Both the position numbers and the translations under genes were made by a program. A stretch of DNA of 62,372 nt, counting the filler, from Circinaria calcarea (Eukaryota), in assembly GCA_051942165.1 (NCBI GenBank). It is 13 parts of 13 records of this genome, joined end to end, with 100 filler letters (N's around TTAATTAATTAA, not from the genome) between each part and the next. Parts side by side here need not be neighbours in the genome. Positions count along the whole stretch, not along the records: positions 1 to 4,715 come from JAVECS010002211.1; positions 4,816 to 9,529 come from JAVECS010002212.1; positions 9,630 to 14,343 come from JAVECS010002213.1; 10 more parts are not named here. One strand, given 5' to 3'. The notes below the pieces were generated by a model, which saw nothing but the letters and a program-made list of their open reading frames with translations, was not told the origin of the DNA and did no database searches. Shown piece after piece: positions 1 through 12,030 of this stretch. How positions within the stretch are numbered: the first letter of the stretch is position 1; each line of letters begins with the position of its first letter.

Positions 1-412
1 CGCCTTCTCTTCCAATCCATCAATGCGCTTGTGCAGGTCGAACAGAACATGTGCTCTATCCGAGATATAAATTCTACCATCGGTCTTGATGCCTTGTTCC
101 TGCAGTTTCTTGAGCTCTTTGAAGAATTGGGGGACATGGACCACAGTTCCGCTGCCAATGAGGTTCTTGGTGTTTGGAGATAAGAGGCCTGATGGCAGAC
201 AGTGAAACGAATACGAGATACCATTGCGATTTATCTCATGCCCGGCATTTGAACCGCCTCGTGGACCATTAGCCGAAGAGAGCAAAGCTGGAAGAAGAAT
301 TACCATTGCAGCGCGCTGTAATTGAGTAGTCTTCACTCTCTAGTAGTACATCAACCAGCTTTCCTTTGCCCTCATCACCGAATTGGGTGCCCAAAATGAC
401 AGTCGCAGACAT
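1..412 (-). CDS. ADE12: Adenylosuccinate synthetase, 5' part (runs off the window start)
   Basis: Manual translation from ATG at 412: [24 protein letters not shown]...ARCNG|GSNAGH...FHCLPSG...IGSGTVVH...ISDRAH, the AdSS signature motifs. One 46-nt GT..AG intron with a GCTAAT branch site. Confidence 0.92.
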
Positions 413-1794
413 CGCGAGAGAGTAATAGTGGACTCTTTGGACTCTATAATTGATTAGCCAATTGCTGTAGACGGAACGCAGAGGGTAATATTGACCTTAT
501 CAAAGAGAAAGAAAGTCAAAGGAACAGTGGGGTTTTGTTTAATTATGTGCCCCGCCGACGCCGGCATCGGCAAGCTCCCGCCTGACAGGGCTGAGATGCA
601 GCCTAACTCCGTCCCTCGAGATACTTGCAGAACCAATCTCCCTTCCAGTGACATGGTAACATACAAGTACAAACTCCCCGCAAATATAACCAGGATTGCA
701 ATTGCGAAGATGTTGAGCCTATGGTAAAGGTGACATAACCAGTTGAAATATAACTCAAAGCTACGAATGGTTGCCGCATCAGGATGACGAGATACTATCC
801 GGAAGCCTGCCTCTCATAAGGTAGCTCATGTAGGGAGTACGAAGCTAAAAGATCAAGCTCTCCCTTATATGAAGTGTAGTTACGAGAAGTAATTGATCTC
901 ATAGCTCAGTAAGCCTTATCTCTGCATCATGTCAAGGCAGACAGCCCCGATATCAGCTTCTATACAATAGTGCATACATGTATGAACGGTAGCCACTTGC
1001 TATATTCTACTTTTATGCTATACTGTCATGGCTTGCATCGCCGGCCTGTGTAAAAATCAACGCATGCCTTTGTTCTATATAGGCCAAAACCAGCAAATGT
1101 AGCCATGTCCCTACCAGTTACCCCTGCATAGCTCCATTACAATTGAACAACAATCCATTAATCTCCTCTTACAGTTTCGAAACCCACATAGATTGTATGA
1201 CCACCGACCTTCAGCCTCTACAAATACGCGTACCAAAAGTTATCCTCTGCTTCGGACGTCCGCATCCGCATACCTAGCCATCAAGTGGTTGGTAAAGTCC
1301 TCCAAAAACACATTCATCGCTGCTAGGTCTCCTAAGCTCCGTGAACTAGTACGTCTGGACTTCACACCTATTGGCTTGGGCGAGGTGCATCCACCAACTG
1401 GCCTGAAGAGCAAAGCTGAGACCTCAATAAGCCTTGAGAGATCTTTCAACAGTAATAGCCTTAGCCAGACCTCGACGGCAAGGTTGTCGACCTCCATTAG
1501 CGTCTTATCAAGTCAGGCGAGGCGGGTTTGGCTTCAGCCTGCTCCAAGCCTGGAGTTGTGACATCGAACATCAATCAATTGTGCTACTTTATTAGCAACA
1601 CCCTCGACTTTGCTTATCCCTTAGGACTTAATCCTACCAGCAAAAAAATTGAACGGACCCGGATGCCAGAACAACACATTATCAAGGTCATCCACCCTCT
1701 TTGATTATCTGTCCCCAATTATCATTCTCCTCTCCACAAGAATCTTCCCCACTTAAAATCATTAAGATTCAAATAAAAAACTCGTCAACGTAAC

Positions 1795-2313
1795 ATGTCT
1801 TCCGAACTCCCTACTTCCACCTCCTCTCCCTCCGGCCAACCACTCTTCGAGCCAACCACCTCGCCTACAAACGGCAACAATGCCAATACCAATTCCAATC
1901 CCATCCACAACGACACCGAACCCTTCACGTCCGGCCTGACGTACCCATACGAGCGAAAGACTGACGACAAAGGCCGCTCAGACTATCTCGACCACGAGGC
2001 GCGAAAGACTTCCTGGCTCGACCCTCTCAAGCTCGCCGGACTAAAGACTGAAGGCGTCCTGACGGCCGGTGGTGAAACTGTGTGGGATGACAACGGGCAA
2101 GCAGTCTTCGCGGAAGACGAATGGATCCTGCCCGCTGTCGCCGAGGGTCCGAATCAAGGGCAGGAGTACTGGGTGGATTATCGACGCGACGAGGTGGACT
2201 GGGTCGGACCGGAGGATAAAAGGATCGCGAGGGCGGCGGCGGCGAAGAGGAAGGCGGAGCGGGAGGGCTTGGGGATGGGAAAGGAGAGGCGAGGGTGGAC
2301 TTACAGAGTATAG
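1795..2313 (+). CDS. Small WW-domain-like protein (172 aa)
   Basis: Single ORF. LTYPYERKTDDKGRSDYLDHEARKTSWLDP fits a WW pattern with the first Trp replaced by Tyr. A second degenerate unit follows (W..GQEYWVDYRRDEVDWVGP). Confidence 0.7.
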   Translation: MSSELPTSTSSPSGQPLFEPTTSPTNGNNANTNSNPIHNDTEPFTSGLTYPYERKTDDKGRSDYLDHEARKTSWLDPLKLAGLKTEGVLTAGGETVWDDNGQAVFAEDEWILPAVAEGPNQGQEYWVDYRRDEVDWVGPEDKRIARAAAAKRKAEREGLGMGKERRGWTYRV

Positions 2314-2793
2314 ACAGCTCGGGCTAAAGTAACTAGGCTGGCATTCTATTGCACGGAGCATTTTGTGCGGAGAACCGGGGATCATGGTCAGTTTGATTCA
2401 TGATACAGCCTCTGTGTTCTCTAGTCCGAGCTGTCTGTACTCTGTAGATAAGGAGAGGAACGAACGTGATGGGGTACTAGGGTTTAAAATATAAAATAAG
2501 AACAGCTCCAAATTCAAGCATGCATAAAATATTTACAAAGTTTGAATTGGCACGGCTATAGTATACTTTGGCCGCATGGGGAGACAATTGTCAGCACAAT
2601 CTGCAAAACAGGGAACGTTTTATATATAGTATCCAATTCATCCCTGGAACTTGCAGATCCAACTAACAACTGTTTCCCCTGAGATCAAATTTATATACAC
2701 ATCAACTCCACTGTATTAAAACTCTCTCGGCACATTCCTCCTCAAATCATGTTGGAATTTAAAATATATAATATTTTAAGAAGTCCAACCATC

Positions 2794-2912
2794 ACATACG
2801 ACCACAGACTCAAGAACACTGGGCATCCCGTCCGCTCTGCCATACATAAGCTTGAGATCGGCTGATTAGTAGTTGGGTGGGTGACCACCAGCGAATACCA
2901 GCTGTTGTATGT
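2794..2912 (+). rRNA. 5S: Dispersed 5S rRNA gene
   Basis: 119 nt, ACATACGACC...GTTGTATGT, with complementary ends and the conserved CATCCCGTCCGCTCTGCC and TTAGTAGTTGGGTGGGTGACCACCAGCGAA blocks. TATA-like box ~30 nt upstream and T-run downstream. Confidence 0.97.
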
Positions 2913-3228
2913 TTTGGCCTTTTGCACCTTCTTCTTTCTTTTCTAGCCTCCTTCAAATCTTTTCAAGTTGTTACAGTACAAGGCCGCTTCGTCGGTGGCT
3001 TACTGGGCATTGTGTGGAATTGGTTGTATCTGAGCGCTAAGTCAGGTAATGTGATTTATTCAGAAATCAAGCTTGGGATAGCTTATCATACCGTTACACT
3101 TTCTCGGGGTCTATTTTTTTGGGGGGCGATCTCCGCAAGATCTTTCGACGGCTTCGGGTCGCTTCTAGCGTCGATCTAAAGGAACCTTCTGATTTGCTGG
3201 AGTATACTTCGCTACCAATTGGAAATTA

Positions 3229-3476
3229 CTTTGGTCGCAGGGGAAATGAACTTAATACTAGTTCGGCGCTAGTAGATTATTGCCTATAACAGATAAACTT
3301 CGCAGAGGCTTTGTTATTTACATTTAGTACTTCGTATGTATGCCATTTGCATCAATTAGAATAGGGAAAAGATTTAGAATACCTAAAAACATAGGTAGAA
3401 TTACGATAGTCCAGGCAGGGACTTTACCATAGTACTTTTAGCACCGAGCTAGTATTAATTTCCCATGCGACCATAG
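3229..3476. mobile_element. MITE (248 bp) with imperfect ~40-bp TIRs and TA target-site duplication (Tc1/mariner-type)
   Basis: Left end TA|CTTTGGTCGCAGGGGAAA-TGAAC-TTAATACTAGTTCGGCGCTA matches the reverse complement of the right end TAGCACCGAGCTAGTATTAATTTCCCATGCGACCATAG|TA. Interior is AT-rich and non-coding. Confidence 0.75.
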
Positions 3477-4423
3477 TATACTGTGATCGGATGGGAAATT
3501 ACTCATAGTACGATCTACAAATTCCGGGGAGTTGATTGGTCACTACATATAAAATATAGCTTGTTTGCCAAGTCTACTATGAATTGTTTCCCCTATAATC
3601 TCAAGCCACGGGTCGTCCCGAGCCCTCAAGGCTTAATACCGCGAGTAGCTGTAAGATGACGTCTTCACTTAATCTCTGCAGAGATCGCCCCCAAAAAATT
3701 GGTAAAAGCGGATAGGTACCATTTCTTCCCCCATCTTCCTTGCACTGCAATGCCGCATATAATCTTGCGGTCCAGAATGTCTGTCACTAATGACTGCATC
3801 AGGTAATCTCACCTGGATAAGGCATGTGTGCGGAACTATAATGCTGGCGCTATATACATAGCAAATCATGTATGCACACTTGTCTTCCCTCACACATCCC
3901 CCCACGGAAATGAAGGGTGTCAACCGCCCACGCGTGCCACCCCCCATCTTTTAACGTGGCTGACTTTTGCTTGATTTCTGCGCGAATCATCCCTTAAGCC
4001 GTGCTTAAAACATGACATTCGGGGAATTGATTTACGCAGCTACTCTTTACTACGTAGTAGGCTTTCTTCACCGCGCAAGCACTATACCTATAGTGGGAGG
4101 TGGTATGGAGCTTTCAGTAGGGTTGTAGAATCGCAGCGCCGCGACTGGGCAGTGCAGCCTGGACGCTCAGTGCAATGTGCACTGATAGTGCAGTCAAGAA
4201 CTGTATACAGGGTTATATGCCCGAGGGTAAGTACTACTACTGGCGCTGGGTTGCATCCTTTTCCATATCAATAATGCGGTTTACTGAATTTTGTGCTTCT
4301 GCTATATTGGGTGCTCCCGCGTCAATATCTCCATCCTTATGTTGATCTTGCTTGAGTTGTATGCCAGCATACAATAATATACTATCAATTACGCGTACAA
4401 CTGATTCTGTCTCCCTACCTTCA

Positions 4424-4715
4424 ATGTCGGTCTCAACTCCCGTTTATCCACCTGGGGGAGACCAGAATCGAGCCTCATCAGTAATTGCAGTTTACTGGAT
4501 AGAGCTTACATTGGCCCTGTTCTTTATGGTCTCAAGATTAACAGTAAGAAAGCTCACGAGAATTATTGGGTTTGATGATATCCTTATGCTTTTGGCAGTG
4601 GTGAGCTACTTTCATGGTAATATATATTATAGTTGCAAAGTTTACTAACGTGCTTTGAAAGATCCTATTTGCCATCGGAACAGGAGTTATAACTAAAATG
4701 GTATTGCTTGGTGGA
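4424..4715 (+). CDS. PTH11-like (fungal rhodopsin-domain) integral membrane protein, 5' fragment
   Basis: MSVSTPVYPPGGDQNRASSVIAVYWIELTLALFFMVSRLTVRKLTRIIGFDDILMLLAV|ILFAIG has the typical PPGGD.NR and R...G.DD motifs. Intron 4601-4661; truncated by the gap. Confidence 0.75.
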
Positions 4716-4815
4716 NNNNNNNNNNNNNNNNNNNNNNNNNNNNNNNNNNNNNNNNNNNNTTAATTAATTAANNNNNNNNNNNNNNNNNNNNNNNNNNNNN
4801 NNNNNNNNNNNNNNN
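4716..4815. other. Artificial contig-joining spacer (N44-TTAATTAATTAA-N44); also starts at 9530, 14344, 19157, 23963, 28769, 33574, 38378, 43180, 47980, 52779 and 57578
   Basis: Identical 100-nt spacers with stops in all six frames separate contigs sorted by decreasing length. Confidence 0.99.
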
Positions 4816-6220
4816 GGTAATGGGAGCCTGAATAGTGAAGAATCAGAGGGTATATGGCATGAACTAACTACTATAGTATAGTATGTATATAGGGGGGAAT
4901 CAAAACGAGTCTTGATATTGTGTTCCTGACTGCTATGCTGCTCTGCTATGCGTGTAAAAGGTGTGTATGTGTGTAGGAATCCTCCATGCCTGCCTGCCCA
5001 CTCCATATACGCGCCCAGTCACTAGTCGCCTTGGCTCTACCACAGGATGAAGGAGTTTTCAGCAACAACAAGGGATTAAGTAAATAAATCGGATTTTTGC
5101 GTTTTATAATGACAAGGTTGATCCCCCTTTTTTTTTTTTTTTAAAAAAAAAGAGTAAAAATCGGAAAACGGGAAAATACGTGTGGGTTGGTAAGTTCTGG
5201 AAGTGCAACGAAGAGAGAGGATGAGGATATTTAATCGTACGCTCGGATATTATGCGCCAACCGGGAGGGGGGTTTGGAATCGGAAATAGGTTGAGGGGAG
5301 AACTGCTTCTCTGTGTACGTTTGGGAGAGGGAGGGAGGTGCGAAGGGATTTTGGGATCAGGGGGAAAAAGAGGGATCCTATTGTGTACTAGGTCACAACA
5401 CTGGATGACTGGCAGTTTCTTATATGTTTATATAGAACCTATTTATCCCGGCAATATTCTTCCCTAACTTTTTCCTTTTTGAACTCTATCCATTCTATAA
5501 GAATAACTTACTAGCAGATTCGATAGGATAGGAGATACGCTTTCTTTTCCCTTTTCCCTTATTTTAATTGTCTCTCCCTCGCTACCCTCACCCTTACACT
5601 CACACTCACCCCCTTAGCCATCCACCTGTTCTTTCCCCTCCCTCACACTCTCTCTCCTCAAGCGACTCACCAACCTCATTGATCCCCACTACGGAATGTC
5701 TCAAGCAGAGCCGCAAACCAAGCCCATGGTTTCCACATGCAAAAAGTGGAAATGGCAGAATAAAAATGAAAATGAAATCGAAATCGTAGACCCCAGATAA
5801 AAACGGTACTGGAGTTAGAATTAAGATTAGGACGAGAAGAGCGGCGTTCATTGATTACAAGCTTCATGTTGAAAGTGGGAGTTCTTCGATGCCCTGGGGC
5901 GCAAATAGATAAGATATTCATAGAAGGCAAGGGAATCAAAGAACCCCGGCTTTTTTGTCCTACAATGTTACACTGTACAAACAGTCCCCAGGTACATAAC
6001 ACTCGAAGACCCGGGGTATCAAGCAATTCATCCACAAGATTTGCCACGCGTTATCCTGCCGGGCAAGTTAGGTAGGGGGCCAAGAGTAACCAATCATCAA
6101 TCCCCACCATCATTGCTCTAGAATGATATATATATCCTCAGCTAGAACTCGTCAATTGTCTCCAGTTTGAAATTTTCTGACCCCCTTCCCCAATTAGGCC
6201 AAATTTTCCCTGATATAACC

Positions 6221-7534
6221 TTACCATTTCCCATCCTCGTGACCATCCCCATCCACGAAACCCTCATCCACCACCTCTTCTTCCTCCTCTTCAAACACTT
6301 CCACCTTACTTCCCAACGCCTCCTTCCCCTCGCGAATCATATCCTTTAATCTCTTATTGAACCGTCCTAGCTCCCGTTCCCCTTCCTCGTCTCGCCTCCG
6401 AATCTGTGCGGCGAGTTTCACGGCTTCCGGGGACATGACCGTTGCCGTGCCACTGGCGCTGCTATTTGTTCGTCTGTAAGGTATTCGGTGGTGGCGCTGG
6501 GGTGAGTGGTGTGTTCGACTGGGACTTGATATGGGAGAGCGCGTTGAGGCTAAAGAGGCGGGGCGGTCTGGGGAGCGCAAGGCTGGAGAGCCGGCGTAGG
6601 AAGGGCGGGAGGCGGGGAGGATAGGTCTGCGGTGAGAATGGCGTGTGGAAGGGGTGCTTGCGAGGGGAGTTTTTCGGCGAGTGGGACTGGTGTCGCGCGA
6701 AAGGGAAGTGGGGTTGATTAGGACCCAGCTTGATCGGAGGTTAACCGGGTCTTTATCGCGGTGGAGACGCTTCTTGGGGCGTTGGTCGGGATGGGATATG
6801 TAGTCATCTATGAAATCGGAGTCGGGAAATCCGCCTGGAACGGTAGTGATTGCGATATTTTTAGAAGAATTGCTTTTCTCGTCATCATCTTGACATGTAC
6901 TTGATTGAATTGAGATGGGTTCCGGAGACCCGTTGTTCAAGGCGTAACCTGGTCCTCCCCCTGCGTAGAATCCTCGAAAGGCTCCTGCAGTGCAAAATTC
7001 CCAGACTTTACCTGCTACACCACCAAACGCTGTGAAGACCGTCTTTCCCCATCCAATTTGTGTCCTGCGTTCATCAAACCCTCGTTTGCGTCCATTTCCT
7101 TCTCTTGATAGCGCCGAAAGTTGAGGAAAGTAGCTTTCCGATATGGCGCTGGTCCCATTACTCCAAGCACTACCTCGCCTATAAGTTTGATCGCTTGTAT
7201 TTGCACCGTAGACGTTTTCGTTATACGAGAGTGCGATAGCAGCTGTAGGAGTATCGAGATCACCGGCAAGTCTATATCTGGTGTTTACAAAAGGTGATGG
7301 ACTAGCGAAGCCAGGTGTATTGCTCGTTGACCATCCGCTAGGCGTTGCGAAGCTGTATGCTGATAGATCTGTTGAATCATCATGTCTTGAGCGTTTTCGG
7401 CTGGTGTTACTGTTTGCAGTAGTAGAATTGATTGACTGCGCACTTGATAATAGTGAGCCGGAGATGGAAGGAGTTGTTGGTGGTTGGTAAAAGCGTGATT
7501 GTGAGCGGAGAGGGGCATGATCGAGCATTGACAT
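6221..7534 (-). CDS. Conserved-looking fungal hypothetical protein (437 aa, Ser/Pro/Arg-rich)
   Basis: Long intronless ORF with conserved-looking blocks VAGKVWEFCTAGAFRGFYAGGGPGY and RFNKRLKDMIREGKEALGSKVEV. Confidence 0.8.
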   Translation of the reverse strand: MSMLDHAPLRSQSRFYQPPTTPSISGSLLSSAQSINSTTANSNTSRKRSRHDDSTDLSAYSFATPSGWSTSNTPGFASPSPFVNTRYRLAGDLDTPTAAIALSYNENVYGANTSDQTYRRGSAWSNGTSAISESYFPQLSALSREGNGRKRGFDERRTQIGWGKTVFTAFGGVAGKVWEFCTAGAFRGFYAGGGPGYALNNGSPEPISIQSSTCQDDDEKSNSSKNIAITTVPGGFPDSDFIDDYISHPDQRPKKRLHRDKDPVNLRSSWVLINPTSLSRDTSPTRRKTPLASTPSTRHSHRRPILPASRPSYAGSPALRSPDRPASLASTRSPISSPSRTHHSPQRHHRIPYRRTNSSASGTATVMSPEAVKLAAQIRRRDEEGERELGRFNKRLKDMIREGKEALGSKVEVFEEEEEEVVDEGFVDGDGHEDGKW

Positions 7535-7947
7535 CTTTTTGGTGCAGCGTATGACTGGTTGCTCATCAGGAATATTCCGTCACATGTACATTATTGTAGT
7601 ATGCTGAAGGAAGATTTAGACTTATAGAGCTGAAACCTTGATGTTCCAAGATCAGACGACGACTGATGTTTACTCTTCATTCATCTCTGCATGTGATTAA
7701 TCAACATAAGCTTATGCTTTGCATGCGCTAGAAACCTTATTTCTGATTTGGCTGTAGATCTATATCTAACCAGATCGAGGTTGCCTCAACGAACCGATAT
7801 TGCGGTTTTTCGTTCCCCAATAGGAGCTCAGCCCTCTCAACCCTCAAACCTTCAATTCAGTGAGCTCACTCCCCTGTAATAAAAAGTTTTGCACTCGGCT
7901 CGATCACTTCTGATATGCATGAAAAAGAAAAAAGCAATCAGCACAAT

Positions 7948-8029
7948 ATATACAAAAGCTGGTCTTCGTTGGTAGCCCAACTACTAATCAGCAGATCTCA
8001 AGCTTATGATGGCAGAGCGGACGGGATGC
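7948..8029 (-). pseudogene. Truncated 5S rRNA pseudogene
   Basis: Reverse complement aligns with the 3' three-quarters of the 5S gene at 2794-2912 (GCATCCCGTCCGCTCTGCCAT..CATAAGCTTGAGATC.GCTGATTAGTAGTTGGG). It has small deletions and substitutions and lacks the 5' ~30 nt. Confidence 0.9.
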
Positions 8030-9629
8030 TTAATAATTTGAATCTCGATTTTATATGCGCGGTACCCAATTATGCCCGATACGGCTTTGCGGATTTGCTG
8101 CTGTTTAGGTATCTCGACGATACATTTTTCGGGCCTCCCTCCGCCTGAAATGGGCCGCTTTTCCTGGATGCTTCAACCCAACATCCACGAATAGCCTCTC
8201 TACGCCTATTGTATCCTAACTACGCCAACATGAGTCTCCAGGCTGCCGCTCCTTTCCCTGGGATCTCTTTTTCTTTTCATCAGTTCGGCGTCCCTTCTCT
8301 GCCCTCTCAAACATCTTCACCTTTATCCTTTCTGGGTCCCTTCTCTTTCCCTCATTCCCTTACACTTTTCCACCTCGGTTTCTCTTTGACTACCTTACTC
8401 GATCGTATTACTACAGCATCGTGGCTCGTCGACGCGACCGTCCACCGCGTAAAATTAAGACCGCCGGGTGACCAAAAAGTGGGACACCATAATTTACCGA
8501 CCGCAGCTAGTGGTGCAATCCTGCCCGGAGGCGCCCTACGCTTAGAGGGTCGTCATAAATTTAAGGGCGATAATAGGGGCCTGAGCCTACGGTTCGCGGC
8601 AATTATCTGTCCCATACTCTTTATCACCCGCGTGGAGGGGTACTAGCGGCGGCTACGCAAGCGAAGCTAAAATCAACGGAGGCGAAACAAAAACCGGGCG
8701 TTACGAACCTCGATGCTTCGATAATATAAAATAGAGGTGCATTGCAGGGAGGGCGTTACTTCTTCAACAGTCTATATGGTATAACCGGGATGTATGTATG
8801 AATAAGTGCTACTAAAATACTCTAAAATATTATGAGATACTGTATGTGGAAAGACCCGGGAGATCGCTGAGATATAAAGCGAAATGCGTGCCCAATTAAT
8901 GCTGTTTCCCGCCATTCTATTTATGCGCTTTAATATAATATCCGCTTGGTTTTAGCTATTTCAGCAAAGCCGAGTTTTAGGTCTTTATCATTTTAGCCCT
9001 AGATTAGCTATTTTCACAAATTCATACCAAAAGCAGCCTTTTCGAGATAAAAATTTTCAATTCCATCACTCCTCTATCTTTTACGAGCTAAGAAACTTAA
9101 AAACGCATTCCTATAAAGAGCGTTTCAAGGAAATAACCAAAAAAGCTAAAAGTGATCGTCCATCTACCGCGCGTCCACCAGGTCTCTCTACTCCTTCCAT
9201 TCCCAACTCACTCATCCCTCGCCTCCCCCCCAATCCCCTTAGTTGAAATAGCATATGAACGAGCTCGCAAGATCCCCGAACCCGAGATTGTTAAGGTTCG
9301 TCTGGCCCGGATAACTAGCCTCGATTCTGCCGCCCCTGCAGTTGGTGTCCCTAGATAGCGCGGTGTAAGTCAGCATCGTGAGGTCCAGGGTCCATTTCGT
9401 TTCCACATCTGCCCGGAATTCAATTTTGGTGGGGAAATACGGGAAGGCTCACGAGTAGAGGTAGCAACGGTACCCGGATGGCCCGCCGGCGCTGCTGACG
9501 CTGTCTTGGAAGTCGTTTGGGAGATTATCNNNNNNNNNNNNNNNNNNNNNNNNNNNNNNNNNNNNNNNNNNNNTTAATTAATTAANNNNNNNNNNNNNNN
9601 NNNNNNNNNNNNNNNNNNNNNNNNNNNNN

Positions 9630-10462
9630 CCCCCGGCGTGCCGAAACGCGACCCGACAACCATGGTGGCGGCCCTGGACCCCCAACCACTCGTTCGCAAA
9701 CGGTGGCAGCGCAAGATGCTCATCCGGGACATCCGCCAACGGTACCGGCTGAACAAAACGAAGCTGCTCATGCGTACGGAAAGAGAGAGTGTCAGCAAGA
9801 GCCGCATGTTCGAGACCAGCATCAAGAAGCTCGGCCCCCTGGCGAGACAGATTGCCGGCAAGGAGATTAGCGACGCGATTGTGCAGATGCGCTTTTCGAA
9901 GAAGAAGGTGGCGGGGGACGTCCTGAAGCATCTGGAGTACGCAAGGGACGAGGCCATTGTCCGGAGGGGAATGGGCTTAGGGAGCGTGGGCAACCTGGTA
10001 GGGAAACCAGAAAAAGGCCAATCCAGAGCCGAAGAAAGCGAAGCCACCAAACCCATCACCATCGAAGAGAAATCCGGCAAGGAACGCACCATCAGGTCCC
10101 CCTCGCAGATCTACATCTCCCAAGCCTGGGTCGGTCGGGGCACCTACGGCCAGAAACTGGATCACCGAGCGAAAGGGCGGATTAATATAATGAGGCCGCC
10201 TCGGACCAGTACGTTTTTTCGTTTTCTCCCCTTCCGAACTATCTTTCCCCCTCCCGCCACTACCTCTATCGGACATTGAAATAATTTCCGGAACATTTTC
10301 AAACTTACTGATCTTTTCACAGGCATCACCGTCCTCCTCAAAGAAGAAGCCACGCGTATCCGCCTCGCCGAAGAGCGGGAACAGAAGAGGCAGAAGAAGC
10401 GCGTTTGGGTCCCTTTGCCCGACCGGCCCGTGACAGCACAGAGGCAATATTGTCTCTGGTAG
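9630..10462 (+). CDS. MRPL22: Mitochondrial ribosomal protein uL22m (54S L22), 3' part
   Basis: TSIKKLGPLARQIAGKEISDAIVQMRFSKKKVA and IYISQAWVGRG...HRAKGRINIMRPPRT motifs. Intron 10209-10322; last exon ends ...VTAQRQYCLW*. Confidence 0.93.
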
Positions 10463-10750
10463 CTGAATCCTTGGGGCTGGAGTTTTTAGACCAACGCAAG
10501 TTTTTGTACGGGTGGCAAGAGCGAAGGTTAGGTAGTCAGGCAGTTGTGCATGCATATATCATAGATGAATAGTCCGTGTAAGCCGGGCTGTATGTATATA
10601 CAATAATAAAAACTAAGAGGTTTTTTCTCCTTTTTTTCTTTTTGTGGAAAATTTAAAGAAAAAAAGACAACTGGAGTGATGATAGAATAGAATAGAACAG
10701 AATGCCAGACAAGTTGATAGCCCTACCTAACCACCCCAACCCATATGCTC

Positions 10751-10783
<33 letters not shown>

Positions 10784-10891
10784 AGGGGGGGGGAAGGGAG
10801 GAGGAACGGTTCTGCTCCGCTCTACTCTTCTAGCAAATAAAAACAAAAAACCAGTCCATTCATTTTCCCCCCTCCCCCGGCTTGCGACACT

Positions 10892-11075
10892 CACTCTGGG
10901 CACTCTGGGCACTCTGGGCACTCTCGGCACTGTGGGCATTGTGGGCACGAAGAAAAATCAAATCAAATCAAATCAAATCATCGCAATTTGCTATTTGCTA
11001 TTTGCTACTTAAAACCTTCCCCATCTCCCATCTCCTCCTTTTCCTTTTCCTTTTCCTTTTCCTTTTCCTTTTCCT
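10892..11075. repeat. Cluster of simple repeats: 9-mer CACTCTGGG (~6 copies), (ATCAA)n, (TTTCC)n
   Basis: Directly visible tandem repeats in intergenic DNA. Confidence 0.9.
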
Positions 11076-12030
11076 TTCTCCTTTTACCAGACAGGACTTA
11101 ATCGCCCCCCTTTTCCCCACACCCTTATTACTAACCTATTGATCCCCCTCTAATTCCTCCTCTCTTCCTGGTAATCATACCTACAGGTGCTACATCCCCC
11201 CGCCTTCTAGTAGTAGTAGAAGAAGAAGATACGGGAAACTTCTCACTCGGAACCTTTGAAATTTGTGGATGTCGTTTTTGGATTTACTTTGAAGCTAATT
11301 TTTTATCTATCTTACAGCGAAGAACCGTGCTGTTCGAAAAAAAACCCCCCAAGAACCCAAAGCCAAAGGAACCAATAGGAGAAAATCCGAACCCGAGGTC
11401 TGTTGTTGAAGAAAAGGTAGAGAGGAAAAAGTGTCAGGGCTAGGGTTAGGGGAAATGGGAAAGCCAGAGAACTTCGTCATCAAATACACAAGTTTTCCGC
11501 CGACCACGACTCGAGGTCCCTTATTATTGCAGTTGATGAATTCTCCACCGCCCAAGCACAAAATCCAAGCCAAGAGAGCAAACCATTGATTGCAAGTTAA
11601 GCCAAACACAGAAACTAGCTATACTACACCATAGGACAGATAGATGATAAGATACTTTTGGTGAAGACAGAGAGGGTATTGCATGTCCGAGTATCAAGTT
11701 TGCCCTGCCTCCCATCCAACACCCGTAGGTAAACTCGTATAAGGCAGGAGCCAATACCCAATGTTTTGTAGCCAAAAATACCACTGATGCCTTTATTTGG
11801 TGATTTTGTATGAAGTATGGTTATCATTAGGTGATTTTGCCTCCAACTGGCATCCCGTAATGTCCGTGTGAGAAAAGCTTCATTATTCAGGGATCGTTCC
11901 AGTGCTCTGAATCAGAATGTGCATCCATTACAAGAAAACTGCTAGGCAATACATTCTTGTGAACAAGGACGAAAGGAAACATGTCGAGAAAGTGACTGCA
12001 ACGAAATATGAGGATGTCGAACTGCTTTGA

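Noticed and set aside
1240..1497. 85-aa minus-strand ORF between AdSS and the WW gene
   Set aside because: No recognisable motif; cannot be distinguished from chance.
4716..4815. Regularly spaced TTAATTAATTAA motif every ~4.8 kb (array-like periodicity)
   Set aside because: Artificial spacer inside N runs joining length-sorted contigs. Cross-gap gene neighbourhoods are meaningless.
8400..9529. Possible decayed transposon remnants
   Set aside because: No TIR, LTR, TSD or transposase/RT motif that I could verify.
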